Shown here: positions 24,340-35,100 of the stretch, one piece after another | Layout: the number at the start of each line of letters is the position of its first letter | How positions within the stretch are numbered: the first letter of the stretch is position 1 | DNA from: Takakia lepidozioides | Lineage: Eukaryota; Plantae; Bryophyta | DNA: 64,000 nucleotides | Reading direction: 5' to 3' | Assembly: GCA_030704615.1 (NCBI GenBank) | Contig: CM060733.1 | Coordinates: 47,492,001-47,556,000, forward strand | The notes under the pieces: generated by a model | Databases searched by the model: none | Told to the model about the DNA's origin: nothing | Seen by the model: the letters and a program-made list of their open reading frames with translations, nothing else | Made by a program: the position numbers and the translations under genes

Positions 24340-25620
24340 TCCCGGAATTTCCAACGTAGAGGTAATTTGGAGCGCTGCACGATGGAATTCCGGCGCCGGA
24401 TTTCCATCCTGCAGGTAATTTGGAGCGCAGCAGAATGGAAATTCAGCGCCGAATTTCCATCCGCGCAGGTAGGGCGGCGCGCCAAATATCCCTCACGCAG
24501 GTAATTCAGAAGCGCGCGGATGGAAATCCGGCGGCCGGATTTCCATCCGCACAGGTAGGGTTTCCATCCGCAAGGTTGGGCGGAGGAGCGGATGGATGGA
24601 TGGAGATCCGGCGCCGAATTTCCATCCGGCATGTAATTCGAATCCCGGATGAATGGAAATTCGGCGCCGAATTTCCATCCTCCAGGTAATTCTGAACGAG
24701 GATTTACCTTCCTACCTTCATCGATAGGAATTACCTGCAGGAAGGTAATTCCCGATGAGAATTACTGCAGGAAGGGTATGAAGAATTCTGAATGATGTGT
24801 GAAATATGAAAATACCTGGCGAATTGAAATGGGGCCGAATATCCATACGCCAGCGATCCGACTTACCTGCTGGATGGAAATTCGGGCGCCGAATTTCCAT
24901 CCGTGGGATGGTCTCTGTCGGAGAGGTTGCCGGCCTCTCCGCCGCTCTGTTGGATATTCAGTGCCGAATATTTCCGTCCGGGGGTTGAAGGAAATATGAC
25001 GGCCAGGTGCCGACCTCTCCCCCTTTCCGACTGCATTGGAACGGCCCCGGATTGAAATTCGGCGCCGTTTTCCCATCAGGGGAGGTTTTTATGTCGGCCA
25101 GTTTTCGGTCTCTGACCCCCCGACACAAGACTTCGTTTGGGGGCGGGCCGGATGGAAATTCGGCGCCGAATCTCATCCAGGGGATGCTCTCTGTCGAACA
25201 CGTGACCGACCTCTACGCCCGAGGCGACTTCATCCGGGCGTCCCTGTTCGATATTCGGTTGCCGAATTTCTGTCCGGGGGTTGAAATGTGTCGGCCAAGT
25301 GCCGGCCACTCCCCCTCCCCGACTGCATCCGAACGCCCCGGATGGAAATTCGGCGCCGTTTTTTCATCTGGGGATTTGTGGATGTTTTATGCCGGCCAGT
25401 TTTCGGCCTGACCCCCCGACACGACTCCCTTTGGAGGCCCAGGATGGAAATTGGCGCCGAATCTCCATCCGGGGGATGTTCTCTGTCGCACACGCGCCGG
25501 CATCTGCGCCCGAGGCGACTTCATCCGGGCTTCCCTGTTGGATATTGGGGTGCCGAAGTCCATTCGGGGGTAGTAATGTGACGGCACGGTGTGCCGGCTT
25601 CTCCCCTTCAGCGTCATCAT
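24340..25620. promoter_or_regulatory. Palindrome-rich intergenic region between the divergent accessory gene and transposase (putative bidirectional promoter)
   Basis: Reverse-complement counterpart of 12420-14070; the genes diverge from it. The function is inferred from position only. Confidence 0.5.
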
Positions 25621-25871
25621 CCGGACGGCCCCCCACTTTTAGACTAATACCGTTGGCAGTTATTGCGCAAAGACCAGGGGCCGCATTCCGGAGACAAGGT
25701 TCATTAACACTCTGACTGTGATTTTTGATGAGATAGGTGGCTCCTTGGATTTGGATCAGGCTTCGTCGCTCGGACAAATCGGCATCGCATTCATCCCATC
25801 GCTTGCATCCCCTTCTATACCAGGGAGCTTCCCGCACGCCATCCTGGCAGTCTTTTGTGTGCACATCTCCA

Positions 25872-27111
25872 ATGGCGGAAAACCCGAGCGCTACAGTGTA
25901 CTGCCCTCCTCACGAGCATAGAGCTTATTCCGTGCGAGGGGACACTGCGGGGGTGATGGAGGAAATATCTGTGCGTTCGATACCACTTGAAACGGGGTCG
26001 GTTTTTTGGAGGAGGAAAGGAGGACTCTAACGGCTTGTTGTCGAGAGTATTGTTGTGGCTCCACGATGATTTCGGCGATGTGGCAGGGAAAAAGGGCGAG
26101 TTCCACCATCGGACAACGTCATATCAGGGGCTGTGGGGGGGACCTTCATTTTGCTAGCCAAATGCACCTTCTATCTGGCGCCTTCCACGAAACACTCCGC
26201 GAATCAGAGAGTGGCTACCTCAAACGAGAGAAGTCCCGACGAACGTAAGTAAATCCAGAGCCGAACCCATCCCTGAAGACGAGCGAGAACCGGGTTGTTC
26301 ACAACCTGTCCGACTCAGACGAGGTCATGGAAGTTCCGAGGTCGTCCTGGAGATCAGGCAATGTCTCAATGGACGTCAGTGGAGGAGGGAGTCATATTCA
26401 CCAGCACGAGCACAGCAGTTCGATTATTCTTGAAATTCTGCGAGGGGCTTCCATGGAGGGACATCGGTCGGAGCTGGCCGGGCTGGACCTACAGCAAGTT
26501 CGCAATTAAATCGGTTACATGCCTTCCCGTTGACGTCGACGTAATATCTTCTTTGAGTTCCCTCCTCGGGCGGAATACTCGAGGGCGTCGGGAATGTTGA
26601 CAAGATATGGATAGAAAAAATGACGGTCATCTTGGTGCGTTACCAAAAACTAGCATGAAGATGCTCGATGGCCAATGTGCGGGTGCGCTACGTTGTTTGT
26701 GCGGGCGCATTGCGGTTTGTTTTCCCCACAATTGCTTCAACTTTAAATCCAGAGGTCACAGGAACGAGGATCCGATTGGCAAGGGCACAGGCTCACAACC
26801 CTTTCGAGCTCAGGAGAAGGTTCCGAACTCCACATTTAAGTGTGCGCCATTGCAAAGAACCACCACCACTGCATGTCTGTTTGTAATGCAAGCAGTTCTA
26901 TGTGTTGCAACGTTTCCCTGACCTACACTCCGAGCTTGAAACACGTTGGTTCCCATTGTACAAATTGGCGAGGGGGAACTCGCGGGAGGCTGCCACGAAA
27001 GCAGAGCAGCTCGTTCAGGCGAGGAGGTTAAGTTAAGTTGAGACGGTGCCAAACCCAAACAGATACAGCTCCAAGCCGCCCTAAGATGATTGGACAGAAT
27101 TAGGTCGGAAG
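25872..27111 (+). pseudogene. Family-1 transposase 5' part (GCM-like domain), indel-rich, runs into the gap
   Basis: Inverted match to 11090-12169. It continues further (GAKPKQIQL, as in ORF 43386-45308) up to the Ns. The many 1-nt indels suggest low-quality contig-end sequence. Confidence 0.78.
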
Positions 27112-27611
27112 NNNNNNNNNNNNNNNNNNNNNNNNNNNNNNNNNNNNNNNNNNNNNNNNNNNNNNNNNNNNNNNNNNNNNNNNNNNNNNNNNNNNNNNNN
27201 NNNNNNNNNNNNNNNNNNNNNNNNNNNNNNNNNNNNNNNNNNNNNNNNNNNNNNNNNNNNNNNNNNNNNNNNNNNNNNNNNNNNNNNNNNNNNNNNNNNN
27301 NNNNNNNNNNNNNNNNNNNNNNNNNNNNNNNNNNNNNNNNNNNNNNNNNNNNNNNNNNNNNNNNNNNNNNNNNNNNNNNNNNNNNNNNNNNNNNNNNNNN
27401 NNNNNNNNNNNNNNNNNNNNNNNNNNNNNNNNNNNNNNNNNNNNNNNNNNNNNNNNNNNNNNNNNNNNNNNNNNNNNNNNNNNNNNNNNNNNNNNNNNNN
27501 NNNNNNNNNNNNNNNNNNNNNNNNNNNNNNNNNNNNNNNNNNNNNNNNNNNNNNNNNNNNNNNNNNNNNNNNNNNNNNNNNNNNNNNNNNNNNNNNNNNN
27601 NNNNNNNNNNN
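27112..27611. other. Assembly gap (500 N)
   Basis: Run of exactly 500 N, probably a placeholder of unknown true size. Confidence 0.99.
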
Positions 27612-27674
27612 CTCCCCCAATAGAAGAAATTGTGTTGAGCAGGATCTCCAATCTTATGTGCTGCTTTTCGACAG

Positions 27675-30600
27675 ACGAAAATACAGCAGGATTTGCACAT
27701 GCGCGGAGGTTCTACATGGAGTCAGAGGAGAAGAATCCAACCCTCCCGGAACTCGAATCGTATGTCAAAGCTGCGGAGGTGAGGGCCCGCATAAAGTACA
27801 AGTCCGCGGATGGTAAAGTACGTGGCCATAGCTGATCCCGCCCTTGGGTGCCGACTTTCTGGTGGAGGTGGGAAAGCACTACTCTCGCGCTCTGAAGCCC
27901 ACGATGACATTGGAGAAGCTCCATCGTCTAGCCACATCCTGTGTGGATGCAACAGAAAAGGTGATACATTCTTAACCAAATTGTGGTGGCAACAACTCCT
28001 TTTTGTGGTGTTTGGCGCTTACGAATATGCTGGGTGGTTGGACAGACCGGGTGGCTCCAAATCTGGAATGGTTCCCAAAGTACCAGGGACATGTGGAGCT
28101 TCCCCAAACCGGACAAACTCTCTGACCCCACATTCGACATGTGGATGAACCGCATGACATGGTGGTTTCAGGTACTTCCCCACGCTTCGTTTGGGGCTTG
28201 TACTCTAGTAGGGGGTTGATTCATTGTATTTTTTGAGGAAAGCGATCTGATGGACAATCTCCACAGGTGACGACGACTGAATGCGCAAGAGCAGCTGGAC
28301 ACACAAGCACATCAGTTCAAGATGGAGATATCTTCCTGCAGCAGAGAGCCTGCGTGACTATGTGACGAGGTACTTTCTGCTCTACAAAACCAACCTATTC
28401 TTTCGGGAGATAGCAGATGCTCGCCGGAGCCACGAGTTCACCGACCAGCCGAACGCGGACAAAGCAGCAATGCGCCTTCTGTACAGGTACATACGCGCTG
28501 CCTTTCTTTCAAGTCCTGGCATTTCAGGATGTTAGAGGCCTAAGTGGTGTTAGGGAAAATGGCGCCGAATTTCCAGTCAGGGCTCCGAAAATGGCAAAGT
28601 CCCTAGACTGGCTGGCCCGGAACTGGAAATTCGGCGCCATTTTCCAGTTCCAGGCCCTATTGCCGTTCAGGGACTTAGCCATTTTCGGGCTAAGTCCCTA
28701 GTGTGGCTGGCCCGGAACTGGAAATTCGGCGCCGTTTTCCAGTTCTAGGCCCTATTGCCGTCCAGGGACTTAGCCATTTTCGGGCTAAGTCCCTAGACTG
28801 GCTGGCCATGAAGTGGAAATTCGGCGCCATATTCCAGTTCCAGGCCCTATTGCCGTCCAGGGACTTAGCCATTTTCGGTCTAAGTCCCTAGGGTGGCTGG
28901 CCCGGAACTGGAAATTCGGCGCCGTATTCCAGTTCTAGGCCCTATTGCCGTCCAGGGACTTAGCCATTTTCCGGCTAAGTCCCTAGACTGGCTGGCCCTG
29001 AAGTGGAAATTCGGCGCCATATTCCAGTTCCAGGCCCTATTGCCGTCCAGGGACTTAGCCATTTTAGGTCTAAGTCCCTAGGGTGGCTGGCCCGGAACTG
29101 GAAATTCGGCGCCGTATTCCAGTTCTAGGCCCTATTGCCGTCCAGGGACTTAGCCATTTTCGGGCCAAGTCCCTAGACTGGCTGGCCCTGAAGTGGAAAT
29201 TCGGCGCCATATTCCAGTTCCAGGCCCTATTGCCGTCCAGGGACTTAGCCATTTTCGGTCTAAGTCCCTAGGGTGGCTGGCCCGGAACTGGAAATTCGGC
29301 GCCGTATTCCAGTTCTAGGCCCTATTGCCGTCCAGGGACTTAGCCATTTTTGTGTAAGTCCCTAGGGTGGCTGGCCGGAAGTGGAAATTCGGCGCCGTTT
29401 TCCAGTTCCAGGCCGTATTGCCGTCCAGGGACTTAGCCATTTTCGGGCTAAGTCCCTACACTGGGTGGCCCTGAAGTGGAAATTCGGCGCCATATTCCAG
29501 TTGTAGGCCCTATTGCCGTTCAGGGAGTTAGCCATTTTCGGACCTCATTGGGTTTTTCATGAATGCAGGTACTGTAAGTTCTCGCTTTTGGAGAAAGGTC
29601 ATCTGTCTTTCGAGCCACCATTCTTCCTGGCATGGAGGAACCCTGGGCTGACTCCATGTACACTGACGATATTGTGAAGGAGTGGCATCTGGAACATTTG
29701 CGTGATTGCCCTTGGTATGTGGACCTTCCGCCCGGCTCGCTCGACCCATCCGAGTTTCAATTGAAGCTGGATGCTGAATTCCGACGAAACCGGGCTCCGC
29801 TGCCTCCGTTGGGTGCAAAAGAGGCAAAAGCGCTTGCGAACTCCAGGAAAGCGGCAGAGCTTGCTCAGGCAGGAATTCAAGAGAAATTGCATGAGAAGAG
29901 TAAAGGTCAAAGGAAAAGGACAAGGAAACAGGTGACTGCAGTAACACCCAAAAAGAAGAAAACCATCGGGGCATCGGAGGAGGCGCAGGAGGGGACCCAA
30001 GAGAGTGACTCCGACGCCGATTTTGTTCAAGGTCCTGCGACTGCTGTTGCTCCTACCCAGTCACCGGTCGTCCGGGTTCCCAAGTCAGTTCGGAGTGGGA
30101 CTGGCTCTGCCAAGAAGTTGGCATTTGAGGGCGAGCCTACACGGCGGTATTCGGCGGTGACGTTTACGCACAGGCCAAAGCTAGAACCTCCAACCATCAT
30201 CCAATGCGTCAATGAGAGCTTCCTTGACGCTCTCGCTGCCAGGGCGAAGAAGGTGGCACACAACAAGTCTCTGGCGGAGCAGAAGGGAAAAGCCAAGAAG
30301 AGGGCTGCCGGTACAGAGCCTAAAGACACCCCTGGTTTTGAAGCCATGATGGAATTCTTCACGGCTGTGAGCACGAATTGCAAGAGCACTCGGGGGGGGG
30401 TTGAGGTGGAGAGAGCTTGCGACATGATTCTCCTCGACATTCCAGATGGGGAGCTGCTGGAGGGCCTGGATGGTGTGCCCACCTGGAACAGGTTTACTGA
30501 GGACTACTGGAAAGCCGGGTTTGGGCTGGCGGGGATGCTTCTGGATGACGGTGGATGTGTGGTTGTCCTTGCCACGAGAGGGAAGACCACAGAGAATGCG

Positions 30601-31918
30601 GTGGCAAGGTGGACACCGAAAAGTGTCACCCCGGTCCTCCTCATAAAATGGTTCTGCATCAGTACGCAGGGGTTGCGAACAGAGGGCCAAAGTGTAAGTT
30701 ATCAATCTATTGCATTCACTTCATATTGTGGTGTATGTTAAGTAGACCCTGGAATTGATCCCTTCTTTGTTGGATGTGCAGACATTGGTGTTTGAGGCAT
30801 ATTGCTTTGTGAAGAGAGGGTCTACGTTCAAATTCCGCAACGACGGTCGTCTTGTTGATGCCGCTGTGGACCCTGTAACCTACGATGTCCTCTACAACTA
30901 TGTGCCCCACTCTAGTATGCCGAAGGACACAAAGACAGGCAAACCGTGGCGGTACAGCCGGACCCGAAGCCCTGCTTTCATCCAAACCCTCATGGAGACG
31001 TGCTCGGATGTCCAAGGGCGGATTCTGGACCTCACATGCGGCACGGGTAAGCCTTCACGTGCTCAGTTTGTCCCCTGGCCCCATTGCAATTGCATGCCGC
31101 AAGCTATTAACCGCCCGCTTTGTTCCTCAGGTGCTTCAATGTGGGCAGGGACGTTGTCCGACAGGCATGTGTTCGCCTTCGAGCCAGATACTGCCCTCCA
31201 CAACTCGGAACTTGCAGCGGCTGAACGTCTGCCGAAAGAGGAAGAGGCATCCTCGGAGGATGAGGAAAAATCCGAGAAGGAGCAGGGGGAGGAAGTTGGG
31301 ATCGAGGCCGAGGAGCCCCCGGTTTACGAGTGAGTGGTGGCATTGTAAGTTGCCTCCAGATTTTGTGAGGCACCTCCCTCCGCTCTCTTATTTCATTGAA
31401 AACCCTTTCTGGTTGTGCTGGTATTGACATTCTTCAAGTGGATTTGTTCTTACTGTAGGATGCCAAGTACTGCCGGAGGGACGTCTACACCGGAGTTCAT
31501 GGGCAGGAGGAACGTGCCTTTTTTTGCCAGGGGAGATTTCATGCCTAGTCCAGAAAGGGAGTACATCCTGCCTACTTATGCTGCCCGGCTTGCTTCGGTG
31601 TCCATTAGGAGGTGTTCCGAACGTAGTCGTGTACAGCAGATTTTAGACGAGGCAAGCCTCAAGAAAATGAAGATGAGGGAGGAGGCAGCAGCTATTAGAG
31701 CCCGTCGGGCTCGTAGATTTGTGTTGGATTCTGCTGAGGAAAGTGGGGGAGAAGACGCAGAAGATTCCCAGGAGGTGAGGTGGACAGTCCCCCAAGGAGA
31801 GGACGGGATTTTTGAGAGGCATAGTGGAACTGATGCATCACAGAGCTCGGAGGATGAGGGGGATGAGGGGGATGAGGAAGAAGGTGGGGCAAGTTCCTCG
31901 GAGGGTGTAGGAGAGTAG
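27675..31918 (+). CDS. ParB-MTase-like accessory gene, family 1, 3' exons
   Basis: Inferred exons 27675-27960, 28046-28171, 28267-28486, 29569-30693, 30782-31046, 31131-31329 and 31459-31918, all bounded by GT/AG. Contains LLDIPDG and RILDLTCGTG. A few indels occur in the first exons. Confidence 0.8.
28555..29540. repeat. 95-bp intronic tandem repeat, about 10 units, with a 190-bp dimeric higher-order pattern
   Basis: Same unit as 18945-20810 on the opposite strand. Alternating variants recur every 190 nt (ORFs at 28703, 28893, 29083). Confidence 0.92.
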
Positions 31919-32156
31919 TGCCCATTCCGGCTATGACAGTTAGAACACACTTGTATAGACGTGGCTTGCCACAAAATTTGCAATAAAATGTTGCATTTTA
32001 AGTCCACTGGTGCCACATTCCAACTTCACATGACCCTATTTCCGTGCCTCCTAACCCTATTTCCGTGGACTCACAATGGTCTGCTCATGCTTTTTTTTTT
32101 TCCGCTCATGCTCATGCCGCTCATGCTCATGCCGCTCATGAAATAGCAGCCCCCCT

Positions 32157-35100
32157 TGCCTGGATGGATTACATTTCAAGCATGTACTCTGACGACATCG
32201 AATGGCACTGGAGCGTGGTTTCCATGGTTCTGGATCACAAAGGGCATGTCACGCAGCTCTTGACAGCCATGCACGACATAAACAAGTAAGTCTCCATCTT
32301 TGTGTTTGTTCCTCGTTTCGACAATTAGAAATCATCTTATGAGTTGACGGTTTTTCCAGGTCCAACGAAACATCTCATGTGACCACCAATCTGTGCCACA
32401 CTCTATTCCGCATCCAGAAGGTAGGGCTGATGCTACTGGAGTCATTCACGAACGTGCTTAGTCCACAGCAGATGAAGAGGTGTGCTGAGAAGAAGACAAG
32501 CACATGGTATAGCTTGACAAGGGAGGCTTTCCTTGACTACATGTACACTGTAAGCTTCTTGACACTGCTTGCTTTTTGACACTGCAAGCTTCTTGACACT
32601 ACCTGTTGTTACTATTTTCTCACAAGTAATGACAGTGTTTCATTCTTTTTACCTGCAATGTATGCAGCAAGAAATAGCAGAAACTGGCTTGAAGGCGAAA
32701 GCTGAGTACTATGATTCCCACACTGAAGAGCAGCGGTCTGCATCTGGGCTTGAGGACACGATGAAGTTCGAGATGAATAATCAAAGGAAGAACCTCATGA
32801 GTGCATTCGACAAACAAATCAGGATAGCAGATCCAAGGCTTGGCACAGAATTTCTGGAGCAGGTGAAAGTGCACTATGACAAGTTTGGCTCCAAGCCAGA
32901 AATGACTCAGGAGAAACTACATCGCCTTTCCATTTCAATGGTGGACAATGCAACGAAAATCAGGTGGTTGGAGATATGGAACTCGGATCCTCTTGTGAGA
33001 GACACGAATATGTTTCCAACTCCAGAGAGAGACCCGAAGACACAAGCAATAAAAGTTGTAAGCGACCAGACATTCGACCAGTGGCTACACAAAGCCACAT
33101 TTTGGAGCCAGGTAAGGATACCACCAAACCATTTTCAGACATGTGTGTTGCTCCGTAATTCCGCTCCCAACCACTCCAAAATTCTTACAAGCTTTCTTGT
33201 TGCAGTTAGAAAAACGTGCAGTGGCTGCACTTGCTGAGTCGATGGCAGACTACAAAATCCAGATGGCTTGCCCCCGGATCACACTGGAGGCCTATATCAG
33301 GAGGTGGAAGCTCGCTGTCTGGAACAATTGCTTCTTCAGGGAGTTTGAAAAAGACAAAGGAATCTCCAGATCGTACGAGTTCAAAAACCAGCTGAACAGC
33401 GAGCAAGCAATGAAACGAGTGTTGTACAGGTGTGATCTCCTTACTCAATTGTGGTACTTGAAGGGCATGCATCTGCAATCTTCTGTCATACTTTCAGATT
33501 TGCGAATTTGCATGGCTTTGAGGGATCTCTGGGGGCTCTGAATGTGCTGTCCAGCAACATTGCGTTGACGCAAAGTTGTTTCCCATGGTCCTGGTTTCAC
33601 TTACCTATATCTGGGTATCCCATACTGGCGTTTTATTGCATGTGAATGGGGGTGAATGGACAGGAAAATCAGCCTTGCGTCAACGCAATGTTGATGAGAC
33701 GCAGACTATGTACCTTTTCCTCTGGTTTGGGGCAGTTCAAATCCAGATCCAATTCTGCCAACTTGAACATAACAATGTTTGGAGTCTATTTCAAATGCTA
33801 TTTTCAGCTTTCACTATGCCAACAAACAGACTTGCGTTGACGCAAGGTTGTTTGGCGGTATGGATTGATGGAAATGTCCCTGTTCATCCCCCAACTTCCA
33901 TGCAATTGTAGGAGACTTTCGATTATCAGATATATTATCGATGTTTGTTTCAACAAAGGAATTCAACATTGCGCCAACGCAATGTTGAATATCCATAGCA
34001 GTACATAGTCAGATGGTGGTTTTTCAGGCATTGTTTCCCATTTCATCTGTGAGTGAAAACAACATTGCGTTGACGCAATGTTGTATTGCACTTGTCAGTC
34101 GTTGTCTCTATCAATACAACGTAACCACTAGGTGTTTCCCATTTCTGCTCGAATCAACATTGCGTCAACGCAAGGTTGATTCTGGACAGCAAAAGTTGAT
34201 TACCAGGTGTTCCCTTCCTTTATTTCAATATCTTCTTCTGAATGTCTGTTCTTTTCCATTTTCCGATTGACTGACTGTTTGGGTTTTTGGTGTTTGATTC
34301 AGGTATATGTATCATATCCTCATACCGGGAAAGTACCTTAGCGATGACCCAGACTTCATCTATTCATGGGCTGACCCCTCCAATGAGAAGACAATGTACA
34401 CGGCTGGTATTGCCAGAGACTGGAGCAGGGCGCACTTCAGAGACTGTGGGTGGTACCTCGACCTGCCAAAACAGGACACACCATTTGATGAAGTTGTTTT
34501 GAGAAACCTGAACGACAATGCCGCAGCGATTGCCCCATTGGCAGACAAAGACATTCAGGACAGAATCATTTCTACTCTGGCTGCAAAAGAGCCCGAGAGA
34601 ACTGCCACTCCAAAACAAAAGGGGAAGACTGTCGGGGATCCTAAGGGGAAGGGGAAAAGTGCAGCTCCGCAAGGACAGGGACCGTCAGAGGTTCCTGTCA
34701 GAGAGCCTTCTCCCGCAAGGAGGGATAGGAGAACATCAAAGTCGAGGGAGCAGCCTTACGAGGCGAGAGAACATCCCTCCAGGGTTTTGGGCCAGTTCAA
34801 TCGTAGGGTGCTGAATGAAAGTTTTCTTGCAATGATGGAGTCCAGGAAGTCCACATTCAAAGGGGTGCCCTCGAAATCATGGGACATGCTTGTTTCGTTC
34901 CTCACTCAGGTAAACATTTGTGTCTAAACTGTTGTATGAATAATTGTGTTTTGGCATCTTGTTGTGGCTTTTCCAGGGGATTGATCTCCTGCTCGATTTG
35001 GATTGGGCTTCTTACACTGTCTCCTGTTTTTCCCTGTAGGTGACAAAAAAACCGGAATGGGTGAATGGAGTTCAGCAGGCATACGCGACTGACCTTGTGG

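Larger units (their letters stand above)
16234..27111 (-). mobile_element. Family-1 MULE, most complete copy (TIR - ParB/MTase-like gene - palindrome-rich promoter - transposase), cut by the assembly gap
   Basis: TIR GGGGGCTGCTATTTCATGAGCGGCATGAGC at 16234. Accessory gene on the minus strand 16471-~23580, promoter repeats ~24340-25620, transposase on the plus strand from 25872 to the gap. Confidence 0.88.
27612..32156 (+). mobile_element. Family-1 MULE, right part (accessory gene 3' half plus TIR)
   Basis: Near-identical reverse complement of 16234-21790. TIR ..CCGCTCATGAAATAGCAGCCCCCCT ends at ~32156. Confidence 0.88.

Noticed and set aside
24690-27111. Dense frameshifts as biological pseudogenisation (also 50000-51850 and the AT-rich insert 50230-50420)
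   Set aside because: Scattered 1-nt indels near a contig end look like uncorrected long-read error; this cannot be told apart without the reads.
26810-27700. Long ORFs spanning the N run
   Set aside because: Artefacts of translating Ns.
16234-32156. A single 16-kb foldback element with ~5-kb terminal inverted arms
   Set aside because: The arms are separated by a 500-N placeholder gap, the outer flanks show no TSD (..CTCTCCATTG vs TGCCTGGAT..), and both ends are the same (accessory-gene-side) terminus. Two oppositely oriented copies or a scaffolding artefact is more likely.
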